Source: Octopus sinensis (Eukaryota). From it: a DNA stretch of 55,746 nucleotides. Where the stretch lies: contig NW_021833716.1 in assembly GCF_006345805.1 (NCBI RefSeq), positions 1 through 55,746 on the forward strand, in the 5' to 3' direction. The notes below the pieces were generated by a model, which was not told the DNA's origin, searched no databases, and saw only the letters and a program-made list of their open reading frames with translations. Both the position numbers and the translations under genes were made by a program. The stretch's first letter is position 1; every line of letters starts with the position of its first letter. This document shows positions 25,611-39,300 of the stretch, one piece after another.

Positions 25611-26102
25611 TACACAACACAAATATCTGGAGCAGCTTTGGCGGCGTCGGAATCTTGATTGAAAGCAAAAGTACCGAAAAGGAGCATTTTTGTTTCTTCA
25701 TCGTCTTGTGTTTGAAAAGATGTAAAACTTATTTAGACTTCAAAAACGACAAACGAAAGTTGTAGCTGAAGAAAAAAGACCATATTAAGTCATTGGATTA
25801 AAGTGACAAACGCTTGTACAACAACAGTTCCCATCTCCGAGTTCCTGTGCTTTGTACAGGAACGAGATGATTAGTAATCACATGAAACCGCAGATTTTAC
25901 GTCCGTTGTAGCAAAGGCTAAGAGTCCCTAACACTCAGTAGGTTTACTACGCTCCCTGGAACCAAATGTATTTCTGCACCTCCGCACGCACATTGAATGT
26001 CATCCCATACACTAGTTATGTAATGTGTTTACATATAAACTCACAATGTACATTCTTATCCCTATTTCATTTGCATTGTCCGTTTAATTGGAAAATTCTA
26101 TA

Positions 26103-26190
26103 TGTGGCTGAAGATTGCTCGACATTTTAAAACTGATGTAATACTTACAGTGTTTAATAAAATAAAGTAGCATGAAACGATTGTACTACT
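26103..26190 (+). ncRNA. Hammerhead motif, family B (diverged copy)
   Basis: GUGG/CUAC stem I; CUGAAGA; UGC...GCA; GAAA-CGAUUG-UA; homologous to 47954-48043. Confidence 0.55.
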
Positions 26191-26961
26191 CTACCTTGGA
26201 TATCCTTGTTGCTTATTTTGATTATAATCACCCCATTTGATTTATATGGATAATACCATAAAAATTCTGGTGATTTTAACTTAAGTACCATATTCATCTG
26301 AATCTAAATTTTGCTGAACTTATATATATATATATATATGAGTGTGTGTGTGTGTGTGTGTGTGTGTTCGTGTAAATATAAGTGAAGCAGAATGTAAACA
26401 TATGTACATTTGAACATACGTAATGGAGAGAGACAAAGAGAGAATGAAAGAGCGGGGTAGGGAGATGGGGTAGACGGGTGGGTGTGAGAATGGAAAAGTG
26501 TATGCGCGTGTGTATATGTGTGTGAGTGTGTGTGTGTGTGTGTGTGTTGTGTGTGTGCTTTCGTCTGTATGCACGCATGCGTTCCGGTGTGTACGTGTGA
26601 GCAGGCGTGTATGAGAGTGTTTGTGTGTCTGTGTATGTGCAGATTTGTGGGTCTGTGTATGTGTGTATGTACGTGTTTGTGCCTGTATGAATGTTTGTAT
26701 ATGTGTATTTGTGTGTGTGTGTGTGTGTGTGTCACGTGCTAGTGGGCGTGCGTGTATGTCTGTGTATTTTTATGTGTGCGTGCGTCAGTGCGGATGTATG
26801 TATGGGCACGCTCGCGTGTGTCTATGTGTGTACGTGTGTGTGTGTACGTGTACCCCGTTTCTGTGTGCACGTGTGTGTGTGTGTGTGTGTTCATATTAGT
26901 GCATACGCTTTCATGTGTGTGAACGTGTTCTTGTGCATCTGTGACAGTGTGCTAGGGAACG

Positions 26962-27003
<42 letters not shown>

Positions 27004-27071
27004 TGTGTGTTGGGCAAACAAGCAAAATGGCTATTTAATCGACTGTTTACGTTTGAGGTCAATCTACTCAC

Positions 27072-27122
27072 AGATGGATGCGGCACGTGACCACCAGCAG
27101 TAGCACCAGCAGCCGCTAGGAA
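27072..27122 (-). CDS. Candidate 51-nt phase-0 microexon (FLAAAGATAGGHVPHPS), gene unknown
   Basis: Minus strand ...ttcattctcgttcctgactgatattacccacAG | 17 stop-free codons | GTGAGT, in a unique-sequence island between microsatellites. Confidence 0.4.
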
Positions 27123-28051
27123 CTGTGGGTAATATCAGTCAGGAACGAGAATGAAACCCCTCGAGGGGAATGCGTCGCTGCTGTTGCTGTTGCCGTTCTT
27201 TCTGCTTTAGCTATCCCCCATCTTTGTTTTATCTATTTTTTTTCTTTAAAAACATATCGTTTTATATATTTATTTATTTATTTAATCGTTATGTTGTGTT
27301 TGTTGTTAGAATGGGTGGAGGTGGTATGTGAAGTGATGAGGTGATGAGGACGGGGCTGAAGAGGACGAAGCGAGGGAGATGATAGGTTTTTGTCATAGCG
27401 AGAGAAGAAGAAATGGGTTAACGGAGGTAGCGAGGGGAAAGGGGGGTCGGATGATGGGTGAGTATAAGAGCAAAATGAAAGCGAAAGTGAAAGTAAGATG
27501 GAGTGAGGGGGGGACGTGCTAGTTTTTATGTGTTTTTTATTTTATTTTATTTTAAAAAATAATGTTAGGGTTGTGCTCTGCCCATCTGTGTTCATTATTG
27601 ACAGCATAGGGGCATCGATTGATAAGGGTTGGGTGGGGGTAAGAGGGTGGATAGGTAGGTAGGTAGGTAGGTAGAGAAGTGTTGTGGGTAGAAACGTGGT
27701 AGTGATTAGGTTAGATGTAGAGGAAGGAAGAGAGTAGTGAGAGGAGAGGGAGAGAAAGGAGAGGAGATGGAAAGAGTAAAAGGGAACATGTCTATGAAGG
27801 AAAGAAAAAGAACAAAGAAGAGAAAGAGTGAGGAGAGAGAGAGAGAGAGAGACGGAGATAGAGACAGAGACAGAGAACGTTTATCTTTATGAATAGGAAG
27901 AAAGACGAGGTAGATGGGGAATGAGGAGAGGGTGATAGATAGATAGACTGACTGACAGACAGACAGACAGACAAATATATAGATAGATGATAGAAGATGG
28001 ATAGATAGATAGACAGACAGACAGACAGATAGACATATATATAATATATAC

Positions 28052-28116
<65 letters not shown>

Positions 28117-28121
28117 CATAT

Positions 28122-28176
<55 letters not shown>

Positions 28177-28502
28177 AGGCTGACAAGGGGAAAAAGCTGA
28201 GGTATGTGTGTGAGAAGGTAAAAGAGAAAATAAGGATCTGAATGTGAGGAGAAGGAAGAGAGAGAAGAAGAAAAGAAAAAAAGGAAAGAAACAACGACTG
28301 AAAGAAATGCAGAAATGAGTTTCATAAAAGATTTAAAAATAGTACTTGGAATCGCTGTCGTTGGGCGTCAATAAACTGCGTCTGGTTTTATTTATAAAAT
28401 ACAAGGTTTGTCCAGAAAAAGGAAGTAAAATTCTAAACCAGCGCATCAAACAGCCGGCCCCTCTTGCTCCCGATAGCAGTGCTGTATGTGTACGTATGTG
28501 TA

Positions 28503-28670
28503 CACTAGTGTAGCTGCAGGGTAGGGGCTGTAGGGGCGGTCCAAGCCACGCGGCACTTTTAAATGAGCACCACCTTTGGGTCTACTATAGGTAATATGTG
28601 TTTTTTGTGGGCCTAGGGGTGGCAAACGGAAGGGTCGTCCCGACCGGCACACGCTCTAGCTACGCTAGTG
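28503..28670. mobile_element. Short MITE with 13-bp TIRs
   Basis: cactagtgtagct / agctacgctagtg (1 mismatch), GC-rich interior, inserted in a tatgtg context. Confidence 0.65.
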
Positions 28671-29088
28671 TATGTATGTGTGGGGGAATCTTGGCCATTT
28701 GGTCTGTTTTTCATTCAAGAGCAAGGATAGCAATTTTGAAAGGAAGAGGGAATGGGTTACCCGTTAAATCGAACCCAGTATTGCACTTATCGATCTACAC
28801 CTGATTAGAATTGGTGATTTGCCAGATTTTGAATAAGGAATTTGAAGAAGTGTTTATTGTTTGAAATGCTGTCTCGAATTTAAGACAATAAAAAAAAAGC
28901 AAAGAGTTACAGAAACTTTTCTAATATTGTTGCATAAGCTCACTTTGCACCGGCGTGGTTTCGGGTTCGATCCAACTGAGCAGCATCTTGAGAAAATTTC
29001 TTCAGCTATATCTCCGGGCCGACCAATGTCTTGTGAGTGAATTTAGTAGGCAGTAATAGGTAGATAAATAGATTAAGTGGCTAGTCAG

Positions 29089-29134
<46 letters not shown>

Positions 29135-29138
29135 CATT

Positions 29139-29173
<35 letters not shown>

Positions 29174-29380
29174 AAGATGGCACGTATGAATGGTGAAGCC
29201 ACCTTGAGCATAATCCTATGAACCCGGAAAATTTAAAGCAGAGGGTTACCTACTTGCAAACAAATGTGGTAACATGTAACATTATTGACCGGGGTTACCG
29301 TGGTCTTTTCCGTAGGCTTTTCTTTCCACAGATAAACCTTATCTGCTTCCCCCTTTACACTTTACATCAAGACACTGTAA

Positions 29381-29553
29381 TACACGATCCCTATTGATCG
29401 TTTTTTTCTTTTCCTTTTTTTTTTTTCTTCTTTCCCTTTTGCGACAACTGTTGATCGAAAACCTACCCAACTTTTTTTCTCTCCTCCAAAAAGAAAAGGT
29501 CTTCTTTGTAATCTGTCCCGCCTGTGTGCAGCCCTGTGTGGCTAATAAAGAAA
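29381..29553 (+). mobile_element. Putative LINE 3' UTR fragment (same family as 8086-8232)
   Basis: tacacgatccctattgatcg...gccctgtgtggctaataaagaaa followed by (TCTA)n. Confidence 0.6.
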
Positions 29554-29570
29554 CATATCTATCTATCTAC

Positions 29571-29687
<117 letters not shown>

Positions 29688-29807
29688 TATATATATATAG
29701 AAAGCCACAATACTGCGGTGTTCGTCAAGAGAAAGCATCTCGTATAGATGTATAGAACTAAAAAGCACATAGGTGTATCAGTAGCAGACGGAAAGTGTCC
29801 AGCTGGT

Positions 29808-30005
29808 ACTCCGTCGGTTGCGACAACGACAAGGGTTCCTATAAACTTGAACAGCCTGCTGCATACTCAATAGACACGCATACGCTTAACGTAGTCGTGA
29901 GGGAGATTCAGCATGAAAGAATGAGACAAGAAGGGGCCGTTGAAACAGAGGTACTATTCATTTCTGCCAACTGAGCAGCCAGGAACAACAACGTGAAATA
30001 AAATG
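29808..30005 (-). mobile_element. Degenerate S3 SINE body
   Basis: Minus strand tttcacgttg..ctcagttggcagaaatgaatagtacc matches 12711-12755 and continues into a 3' body. Confidence 0.55.
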
Positions 30006-30059
30006 CATTATTTACATTATTTACATTTGACGGATATTTGTCCTCATCTTGTTTGTTGT

Positions 30060-30107
30060 TAACACAACGTTTCAGCTGATATACCCTCCAGCCTTCATCA
30101 GGTGTCA
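30060..30107 (-). ncRNA. Minimal hammerhead motif within a short repeat (about 30007-30128)
   Basis: Stem I UGACAC/GUGUUA; CUGAUGA-A; stem II GGCUG/CAGCU; GAAA-CG-UU with AACGUU palindrome. Confidence 0.65.
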
Positions 30108-30130
30108 TTGGGAAATTTCGAACCTGGGCA

Positions 30131-30203
30131 TAAGTCGTAGTGGTTAAGAGTGCGGGTTACTAACCTCAAGATTTCGAGTTCAATTCCAGACAGTGATCTG
30201 AAT
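30131..30203 (+). mobile_element. tRNA-like (Pol III) SINE head followed by (AAT)n
   Basis: agtcgtagtggttaagag (A box), gagttcaattcc (B box, 30176-30187), then gaataat... Confidence 0.6.
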
Positions 30204-30204
30204 A

Positions 30205-30331
<127 letters not shown>

Positions 30332-30349
30332 GAAGAAGAAGAAGAAGAA

Positions 30350-30837
30350 GGGGAAAACCATCTTAATTCCCAAATCCAATGAAACGGCAAAACCAGAAAA
30401 CTACAGATCTATAACCTGTCTCCCTACAATGTACAAAGCCTTTACTGCAGTAATATCGCAAAGATTGAACAAGCACCTGGACGAAAACAACCTGTTTCCA
30501 GAAGAGCAGAAAGGATGCTGCAAGGGCTCATACGGCTGTAAAGATCAAATAATGATCAATAAAGCCATAACTGAAGACAGCCGCAGAAAGAAGAAAGGCC
30601 TCAGTATGGCCTGGATCGACAACCGAAAGGCGTTTGATAGCATCCCCCACACGTGGATCGTCGAAACACTAGCCATTAACAAGGTAGCACCAACAATTAT
30701 AAAATACATAGGACACTCTATGAATAAATTGCAGACAGTGCTACAGCTCCAAACCAATGAGGGACTCGTGAAAACCAAAGCCATCCCCATTAGAAGAGGA
30801 ATATTCCAGGGAGACACGCTCTCTCCACTCCTTTTCT
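30350..30837 (+). mobile_element. R4/Dong-clade LINE reverse transcriptase fragment (N-terminal RT motifs up to GIFQGD)
   Basis: GKTILIPKS..PENYRSITCLPTMYK..EEQKGC..GCKDQIMIN..LSMAWIDNRKAFDSIPH..RGIFQGDTLSPLLF; begins directly after (AAT)n(GAA)n. Confidence 0.9.
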
Positions 30838-31143
30838 TCTGCTATAGTCTCGGGCCGACCAAAGCATTGTGAGTGGATTTGGCAGACGGAAACTGAAAGA
30901 AGCCCATCATATATATGTATGTGTGTGTATATGCTTGTGTGTCTGTGTTTGTCCCCTCAACATCGCTTGACAACCGATGCTGGTGTGTTTACGTCCCCGT
31001 AACTTAGCGGTTCAGCAAAAGAAACCGATAGAATAAGTACTAGGCTTACAAAGAATAAGTCCTGGGGTCGATTTGCTCGACTAAAGGCAGTGCTCCAGCA
31101 TGGCCACAGTCACATGACTGAAACAAGTAAAAGAATAAAAGAG
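30835..31143 (+). mobile_element. 5'-truncated S2 SINE fused to the RT fragment
   Basis: tcttctgctatagtctcgggccgacc...actgaaacaagtaaaagaataaaagag. Confidence 0.85.
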
Positions 31144-32942
31144 TTGTGTGGCTTTTTACAACATGGCCACAGGAAGTAAAATATACAAATGAATTCTTTT
31201 ATTTTAGAACGGACAGAGTCAACATCCATTGATAAGGTTGCAAAAGGCAACGAACATTTTGGAAGAAAGAATATAAATAAGTAAATGAGTGGAAATCGAA
31301 CCTGTGGGTGTGTTAGGTAATAAGACATTAAGACAATATGACTCTCCTCAGACACAACGTAATTTTTTTATTGCTTAAAAAATAAACAACTCCGCGTATT
31401 TTTCTGTGATGATCTGTTTGGTGAGGTGGTCAGGTTTGGAACCTGTAAGTCGGTTGATCATCCAAAATTGTGAAGCGAATTAATATTTGAACGTTGTTTT
31501 AAGAGCTGGAATTGTGGGTTGTTTCATTATTTGGTAAAAGCACAGTATATTACTGGTATTTATGCTGTATCGGTTTTTGAATATAGATTGATTTCAGTGT
31601 CGAGTGAAGTGGAGAGGAAAGAAAGAAAGAAAGAAAGAAAGAAAGAAAAGAAAAATGAAAAAAGTTGGAAAGAAAGAAAGAAGGAGAGAAAGATGTAAAG
31701 AATATTAGGGGAAAGATAGTTAGGAAGAAAGAAAGAATAGAAGGGAAGAAAGAAAGAACGAGAGCAAGAATGGCGGTAATAGAGAAGGGAGAAAAGAATG
31801 AGGGAAAGGAAGAAAGAAACAATGAAAGAAAGAAAGAAAGAACGAAGAAGTGAAAGAGAGAAAGAAAATAAGGAAAAAGAATGAAAGAAAAGAAGGGAAC
31901 AGAAGAGGGGAAAGAAAGTGAGAGAGAAAGAGAAAGTGAGAAAGAGAGAGAGAAAGGAAGGAGAAAAGAAAGAACGAAATGGAGCGTTTAAGTCTAGCTC
32001 TATAGATCTCGTCATATATTCCGCATTAGCAGCGTTATTAACAACAACAACAGCAGCAGCAGCAGCAAGAACAACAACAACAACAACAACAACAGCAACA
32101 GCAACAACAGTAGCAACAACAGCAACTACAACAACAACGGCCGTAAGAACGAAACAAGCGGCTGATAATCCTTAAAGTTTGTGGCTATGCTTGTCTGAGT
32201 ATTCATGTGTGTACGTATGCATAGATGTATCTATATGTGTATGTTCGTCCGTATATCTGTGTGTGTGTACATGTGTGTGTGTGTATGTGTGTGTGTCTGT
32301 ACGTGTGTGTGTGTGTATGTACGTGTGCGTGTGTCTGTACGTGTGTGTGTGTGTATGTGTCTGAGTAGTTTGCAGTTTGATGTCGCGTTCAAATAGATAT
32401 GAAGATAATTTAAGTTCTAATACAGAGCAGAACATACGCAACAACGGAAACAAATTCTAAAGATAAAACCGGCCATTTATTGCGCTCCCTATTTTGGTAA
32501 ATATATTAAATGATCTCTTCATTAGCAGAAACAATAAATAAAAATAAAAAGATAAAGACAATGTGTACGATGATATCATTTATCTCATTTGTATATCCGT
32601 TAAAACGAGGTAATAGATATCGTCCATTAGCAAAGTACAAAGTTGTCGATACATGCGTATGTGTATGTATGTATGTATGTATGTATTATGTGGTGTTGTT
32701 TGTATGCATTTGTTTGTGTGTCTGTTGGTTTATGTGTGTGTGTGTGTGTGTGTGCTTGTGTGTGTGTATATGTTATCAGTCTGACCGAAGGGGAGATAAT
32801 TCAATTGTCTCTATGAACGTCATCTAAATGAGTTCACGGAAACATTTTTGGATCGTTGCACACACAATTCTAACATACATATATATTAATATATAATATG
32901 TACATACATACATGTACACACGCACACATATATGTGTGTTTG

Positions 32943-33020
<78 letters not shown>

Positions 33021-33575
33021 TACATATATATATGTACATACATTTACATATATGTGTGTGTGTGATTATATATATATACATATATTCATGCATGTATATA
33101 TATACATATTCATATAGGTTCGTATGTGTGTGTGCATATGTGTGTGCATATATGCATGTGTGTGTGTGTCTTAGTGTATATGTGTGCGTATGAGTATGTG
33201 TATATTACAGCAAGAAACAAAAAAAAAAGAGCAAAAACTTGATTGCTGACTATGATGCGGAAATTCCGAGCTTTGAATTATGGAAGAAATGTTTAGAAAG
33301 GCTAAAATCATCCTAGCGAGGAGGCGGGGGCCCCTCATGATCCTCACTTTCGAAGTTGCTATTGTTCGACACATATTTATCGATTAAAATATTACGCTTT
33401 ACAAACGTCGTCCACGAAAGATATCTCTACGTTACCGTATTTTCTGGCATAAAAATCGACAGGATAAATAGCTCAAACCCTTAGTGTTGACATTCAAACA
33501 TCGTCACAAACTTTGCAAGTACTTCTGCATAACACATGGAACTTATCGTCCTTCAATTTCGTCTTGGTCTTTTAG

Positions 33576-33831
33576 TCAACCTATCGAAATTTCAAGGAAA
33601 CAGAAAATGGGGAAATACTGATGAACAACAATTGACTTACATCAATATGATAAATAGTTTTGTATATTTTTGCATATCAATGGCAATACCATACAACACT
33701 GGAAGCAGAAACAGCTGTTAGATGGGATGCAGTCTATTTGCATTGAATTAACAAATAATAATTATTGTAAGTCAATTGTTGTTCATTTGATATTTCTCCA
33801 TTTTCTGTTTTCTTTAACTTTAGATTCTTGA
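33576..33831. mobile_element. Foldback/palindromic MITE-like element
   Basis: aaacagaaaatggggaaatactgatgaacaacaattgacttaca is the near reverse complement of tgtaagtcaattgttgttcatttgatatttctccattttctgttt; imperfect pairing continues toward a centre near 33705. Confidence 0.75.
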
Positions 33832-34082
33832 TAAACTTATGTTTATCTTTGTCTTTTCCTATAATTAATGAGCAGAATATATTTGCATATGTATGCCCAT
33901 AGTTAAGTAGAGGTAATATACCGGTAGTATAATGGATACTTCTACCTCTTAGACGGTTATTTTAACCTCGAACTCAACTAACCTAAGTCAACCTATCGTT
34001 TTTTTTTGTTGTTGTTTTTTTTTTTGTAAATTTTTCCCCAGAAAAACGACTTGTAGGCCGGAAATACGCAATCATCTCAATA

Positions 34083-34300
34083 TAGAAGGGAGTGCGGAAA
34101 AGTTCCTGGCTTTTGGTAAAAGACAATACAAGAGGACCAGTTAATTATGATTTTATTAAACACATTCCCCTCTCAGATGCATACAATTAATCCAGCGGTC
34201 TTTCAGTTATTCTTAGTCCTGTAAAAGAAATCGGACGTTTGGGCTTCCAACAAGACCTTTCGCAACACCCTTAGCCCAAAATTTCTCATCAACTCCCGTA
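34083..34300. mobile_element. Old mariner-type MITE
   Basis: Degenerate TIRs ta-gaagggagtgcggaaaagttcctggct / agcccaaaatttctcatcaactcccg-ta with TA ends. Confidence 0.5.
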
Positions 34301-34930
34301 GAATACAGTTGTGTATTCCATTCGAATTCTGGTAGTGAATATATTTCTTGTTACTTTTTTCATCTGTCGCTAGATCGTTGGCATGATCTTGAGAAATAAG
34401 CTGCAAATAAATAACTAGATAAACACAAAACTTTATACATAAACTGTACCAAAGCAGTATGACTACTAGGTGGGAAGGAATCTATTTCTGCACTACAGAG
34501 GAATTTGGATGTGTGTGCATTGAAATTTATATTCACAAATTCTATCCAAACGGAAAATATTTTTAGAAATCAGAAAATATGCAAGAAATGGAAACTGAAC
34601 AGAAACAGACGCACTAATTCGGCAACCATCGTCTTTTGGAATCACATTGTGTGGCGACCCGTGACCGATCTATTATTCCGCTCTGATCTCGTTCCCGTGA
34701 CGACTTTGTTTGTTATAAGCTTGGAACTGTTTTGCGGTCTTTGCTTTTGTTGCTATTATTGATGGTGTATATGCACGCGAGCACACATACACGCACACAT
34801 GCTTATGTATGTATGTATATATATATATATATAATATATATAATATATATATATAAATGTGTGTGTGTGTGTGTGTATGTGTGTGTGTATGTATATATGC
34901 ATATATACATATATATAGACATGTATACAT

Positions 34931-34962
<32 letters not shown>

Positions 34963-35073
34963 GCACACACACACATACACACACATATATATATATACTT
35001 ACATGTATATCTGTGTGTATCTATGGGTAGAGACACTTGTATAAACATATTATGTACTTCTATAATGACACAC

Positions 35074-35111
<38 letters not shown>

Positions 35112-35309
35112 GTATGTATGTATGTATGTAAGTATGTATGTATGTATATATATATATATATTATATATATATATAATATATATATATGTCTGTGTGTGTG
35201 TGTGTATATATATATATAAATATTTGTGCGTGTGTGTTTAACATCTTCATCCTTCATCCTCCGTTCATTTAAATAATCTACTACACAGATATAACACAGC
35301 ACCAACTTT

Positions 35310-37973
35310 AACCACCACCAACACCACCACCCTCGCCACCACCACCCCTCGCCACCACCACCCCTCGCCACCCCCACCGTAACCGCCTCGGCGCTGTTAA
35401 CGATTTGGCGTTATCTCTCACCTTATATACCACCAATATTAATTACACAGCTTCTGCTGTACATCTTACTCCCCTCCTCCGCCTCCACCACCACCAATAC
35501 TACCACCGCTGTCGCCGCGCCGCCGCCGCCATCATCACCACCACCACCATTCCTGCCGCCGCCACCGTATTACTCAATTAACTTCTTTAAACACTTCCCG
35601 ACCCTCCACCAGTATGGCCATCACGAAGAAGACCCGATTATTGCATTAACAATCTCTTCAGCCAAAACCAGATGACCACTGGTCACCACCGACGACTCCA
35701 TCACCAACACCATCAGCATCAACATCAACATCATTACTATCGCTATCACCAGCACCAGCACCAACAACACCTACAACAACACCATCCTCACCGCCATCAT
35801 CACTGCGAAACCTAACATCACCAGCACCACCACCACCATCATGAGCTCCATCACGGCCACCATTCAACGCCACGACCATCGACACCTGCGCCACTGCTCC
35901 GCTGCGTCACCACTAACAACCACCGGCACTGCTACTAGCACCACTACTAGGACCAACAACACTACCATCACCGGCGTAACCATTCCACCACCACCATCAC
36001 AACTACCACCACCACCTCCACCATCACCATCGCCACAACCACTACCACCACTACCACCACCACCATCACCATCACCACCACTAATAACAACAACTGCAAA
36101 AACCATTCTCTACCACCATCGCCACAACCACCACCGTCCTCGCCACCACCACCCTCCTCCCGCCACCGCTCCCACCTCCACCTCCAACCGATTCCTCCCC
36201 CTTAACCTTTTTCCCTCCTCTCGTCGTACATTGTCTTGTCAATAATGTTTGGTTCGTGTTTCACTTATTAACCATGGCGGCGTAGTGGCGTGCAGAATGT
36301 CACTTTCTTCCCCTCTCCCCACCCACACACACCGTCCAGCAACAAAACTGCGGCCTCCACCCCTCCACCTTATCACCCGCACCCCTCTAGAACCCCACCC
36401 CTCCCCCCGCACCCTCACACGTTTATGTTTACTTTTATTAATCAGTCATAACAAGCCACGACTCGACTCACACTACACTCCAGTCGGCGGTCCCGTCGCC
36501 ACCACCGCCACCGCCATCTAAGATCACCGTCATCATCATCATCACCATCCTCTTCATCATCATCTTCATCATCATCATCATCATCATCACCATCTTCATC
36601 ATCACAATCATCATCATCTTCATCACCATCACCATCACCATCACCACCACCATCACCATCACCATCATCATCATCACCATCACCATCACCATCATCATCA
36701 TCACCATCACCATCACCATCATCATCACCATCATCATCACCACCACCATCATCATCACCATCACCATCATCATCATCATCACCATCACCATCATCATCAT
36801 CATCCTCATCATCATCACCATCACCATCACCATCACCATCACCACCACCATCATCATCACCATCACCATCATCATCATCATCACCATCACCATCATCATC
36901 ATCATCCTCATCATCATCACCATCACCATCACCATCACCATCACCATCACCATCATCATCATCATTTTCATCACCATCACCATCACCATCATCATCATCA
37001 TCACCAACATCATCATCATCATCATCATCATCATATCATCACCACCACCACCAACACCACCACCAATATCATGATCATCATGATCATCATTAACAACAAC
37101 AACTACAACACTAGGTCAGAAATGCTTTCGCAACCATCACCACCACCATCACCACCACCATCATCGTCATCATCATCACCATTATCATCTCCCCAGTCAT
37201 CAACATCATCATCACCATCATCGTTATCGTCATCATCATCATCATCCCTTTATGACACGACCCCTCTCCCATCATCCACAGGATTCTGTTGTATATTCTA
37301 ATGGCCGACTCCTTACTAACTACGCCAACCCCTAACCCCTAACCCCCAACCCTTTACCTTATTGCAGATCCCTTATCTCTGGAACATTCCCCAGTCATTG
37401 CAGTCTCCTCGCCCCGATGTAACCACAACCAGCTTTTAACCACCAGCAGAAATACTACCGCCGTTTTACCGCCACCAACGCCACCGCCGCTACACTCACC
37501 GCCCTCACGTCACCGCCACCACCACCACCACCACCACTGCCATCACCCGTAACACAAGTCTTTGAAGCATAAGCATCCGCATCAGCAGCATCCTCACTTC
37601 TAACTACTGCAAATCACCGTCACCATCACCACCACCACCACCACCACCATCACTACCACCACCACCATCGCCCTCATTGTCATCTTCTGCAGCGTTGTCG
37701 TCGTTGTCATCATCGTTACCGTCATATCATCATCATCATCATCGCCCTCGCCGTCGCCGTTATCATCATCATCATCATCGTCGTCATAATCATCATCATC
37801 ATCACCACTAACACTACCACCACCGCAAACATCATCACCACCACCACCACCACCACCACCACCACCACCTCCATCACCACCATTATCATCATCATCATCA
37901 CCACTAACACTACCACCACCTCAAACACCGTCACCACCACCACCACCACCACCACCACCACCTCCATCACCAC

Positions 37974-38006
<33 letters not shown>

Positions 38007-38049
38007 AATCATCCTCATCCTCATCATCACATCATCATCATCATCATCG

Positions 38050-38085
<36 letters not shown>

Positions 38086-38110
38086 CCAGCATTGCCATCA
38101 ACATCACCAC
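35310..38110. repeat. Extended (CAC)n/(CAT)n low-complexity region with short unique islands
   Basis: Directly visible; it produces poly-M/V/H/D ORFs. Confidence 0.9.
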
Positions 38111-38448
38111 CCCAGCGCCCATCAGCATTTGTCAGGGTTGATTTCTGACACTGACGCAAGACCCCGAATTCATATAATGGGGCTCAAAAACGTACCGAAC
38201 GAGGAAGACCTGTAGGCCCTTGTTGGACGAATCCGAAAAAGCGCGTGCACGTATACGTACCTGTGTGAAGATCGTGGTTGCTATACCTAAAATGTCGGTC
38301 CATTGTGTTTGGGAGTTCGTCGAGTCCATTCAGCAGTAAATGGATAACTTGGCATTTGGTCAAGGGGAATGTTGACCATCTTGTCTGGCCAACAAAGTGA
38401 CATCATTCGAAAGCTACGACTATGCGAGGAAACGCATAGTTGCCATAT

Positions 38449-38504
<56 letters not shown>

Positions 38505-38620
38505 GGCAAAAATGCAATAGAGGACATTAAAACATTCGAACAGATAGACAATACAAGACGGACAAGAGAAACAACAGTTAGGACAACCAAAAATAGACGG
38601 GTCGTTCGTGGCTTTCTTTC

Positions 38621-38641
38621 GGAAACTGAACGAAGCCCGTC

Positions 38642-38679
<38 letters not shown>

Positions 38680-38876
38680 TATATATATATGTGTGTGTCT
38701 GTGTGTATGTTTGTGTGTCTGTGTTTGTCCCCCACCATCGCTTGACAACCGATGCTGGTGTGTTTATGTCCTCGTAACTTAGCGGTTCGGCAAAGAGAGC
38801 GATAGAATAAGCACTAGGCTTACAAAAAGTCCTGGGGCGGTGCCCCAGCATGGCCGCAGTTAAATTACTGAAACAA
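38621..38876 (+). mobile_element. S2 SINE 3' half
   Basis: cggaaactgaacgaagcccgtcg-(TA)n-gtcccccaccatcgcttgacaaccgatgctgg...ccagcatggccgcagt. Confidence 0.8.
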
Positions 38877-39265
38877 TTTTTAGAAGAACAGAATACATAT
38901 TCACTCCGTTTTTTTTTCTTTCGTTCTCTCTCCATTTTACACTCTCAACACTTTCTGTCGAAGGGTGTTTGGCTTGAAACATCTAAGACTTTTCCATTCT
39001 TCCCTACCGTTAAACAAATATATCTGCTTGTTGTTCTCTCACCTGTCTGGGCCTTTTGTTTTCTGTAAATTTGAAATATGTATATATATATATATATATA
39101 TATACACCCATAAAACTATATATGTATATATGTATATACGTATGTAAGTATATATATATATATATGTATGTATATGTATATATGTATGTATTCAAAATGT
39201 GACCTCGTGTGTACCGTTGGCGATTTTTTTCCTATGTCTTCCCTTCTCTGGATCTTTCCTTCTAT

Positions 39266-39300
39266 GTTTCCGACGAAGAGCTCCGTTCGAAACGTTAAAC
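39266..39300 (+). ncRNA. Minimal hammerhead motif with mutated core (CCGACGA) in a short repeat at about 39197-39405
   Basis: Stem I GUUU/AAAC; GAGC(UCC)GUUC; GAAA-CG-UU. Confidence 0.5.

Noticed and set aside
25760-25827. ctgaaga...acaaacgcttgta hammerhead-like string (and gaaacgcgtc on the minus strand near 24240)
   Set aside because: GAAA or CUGANGA is broken and the stems are not convincingly paired; too decayed to call.
30131-30190. Functional tRNA gene (also the heads of S1, S2 and S3)
   Set aside because: No complete acceptor stem; each runs into SINE body or microsatellite.
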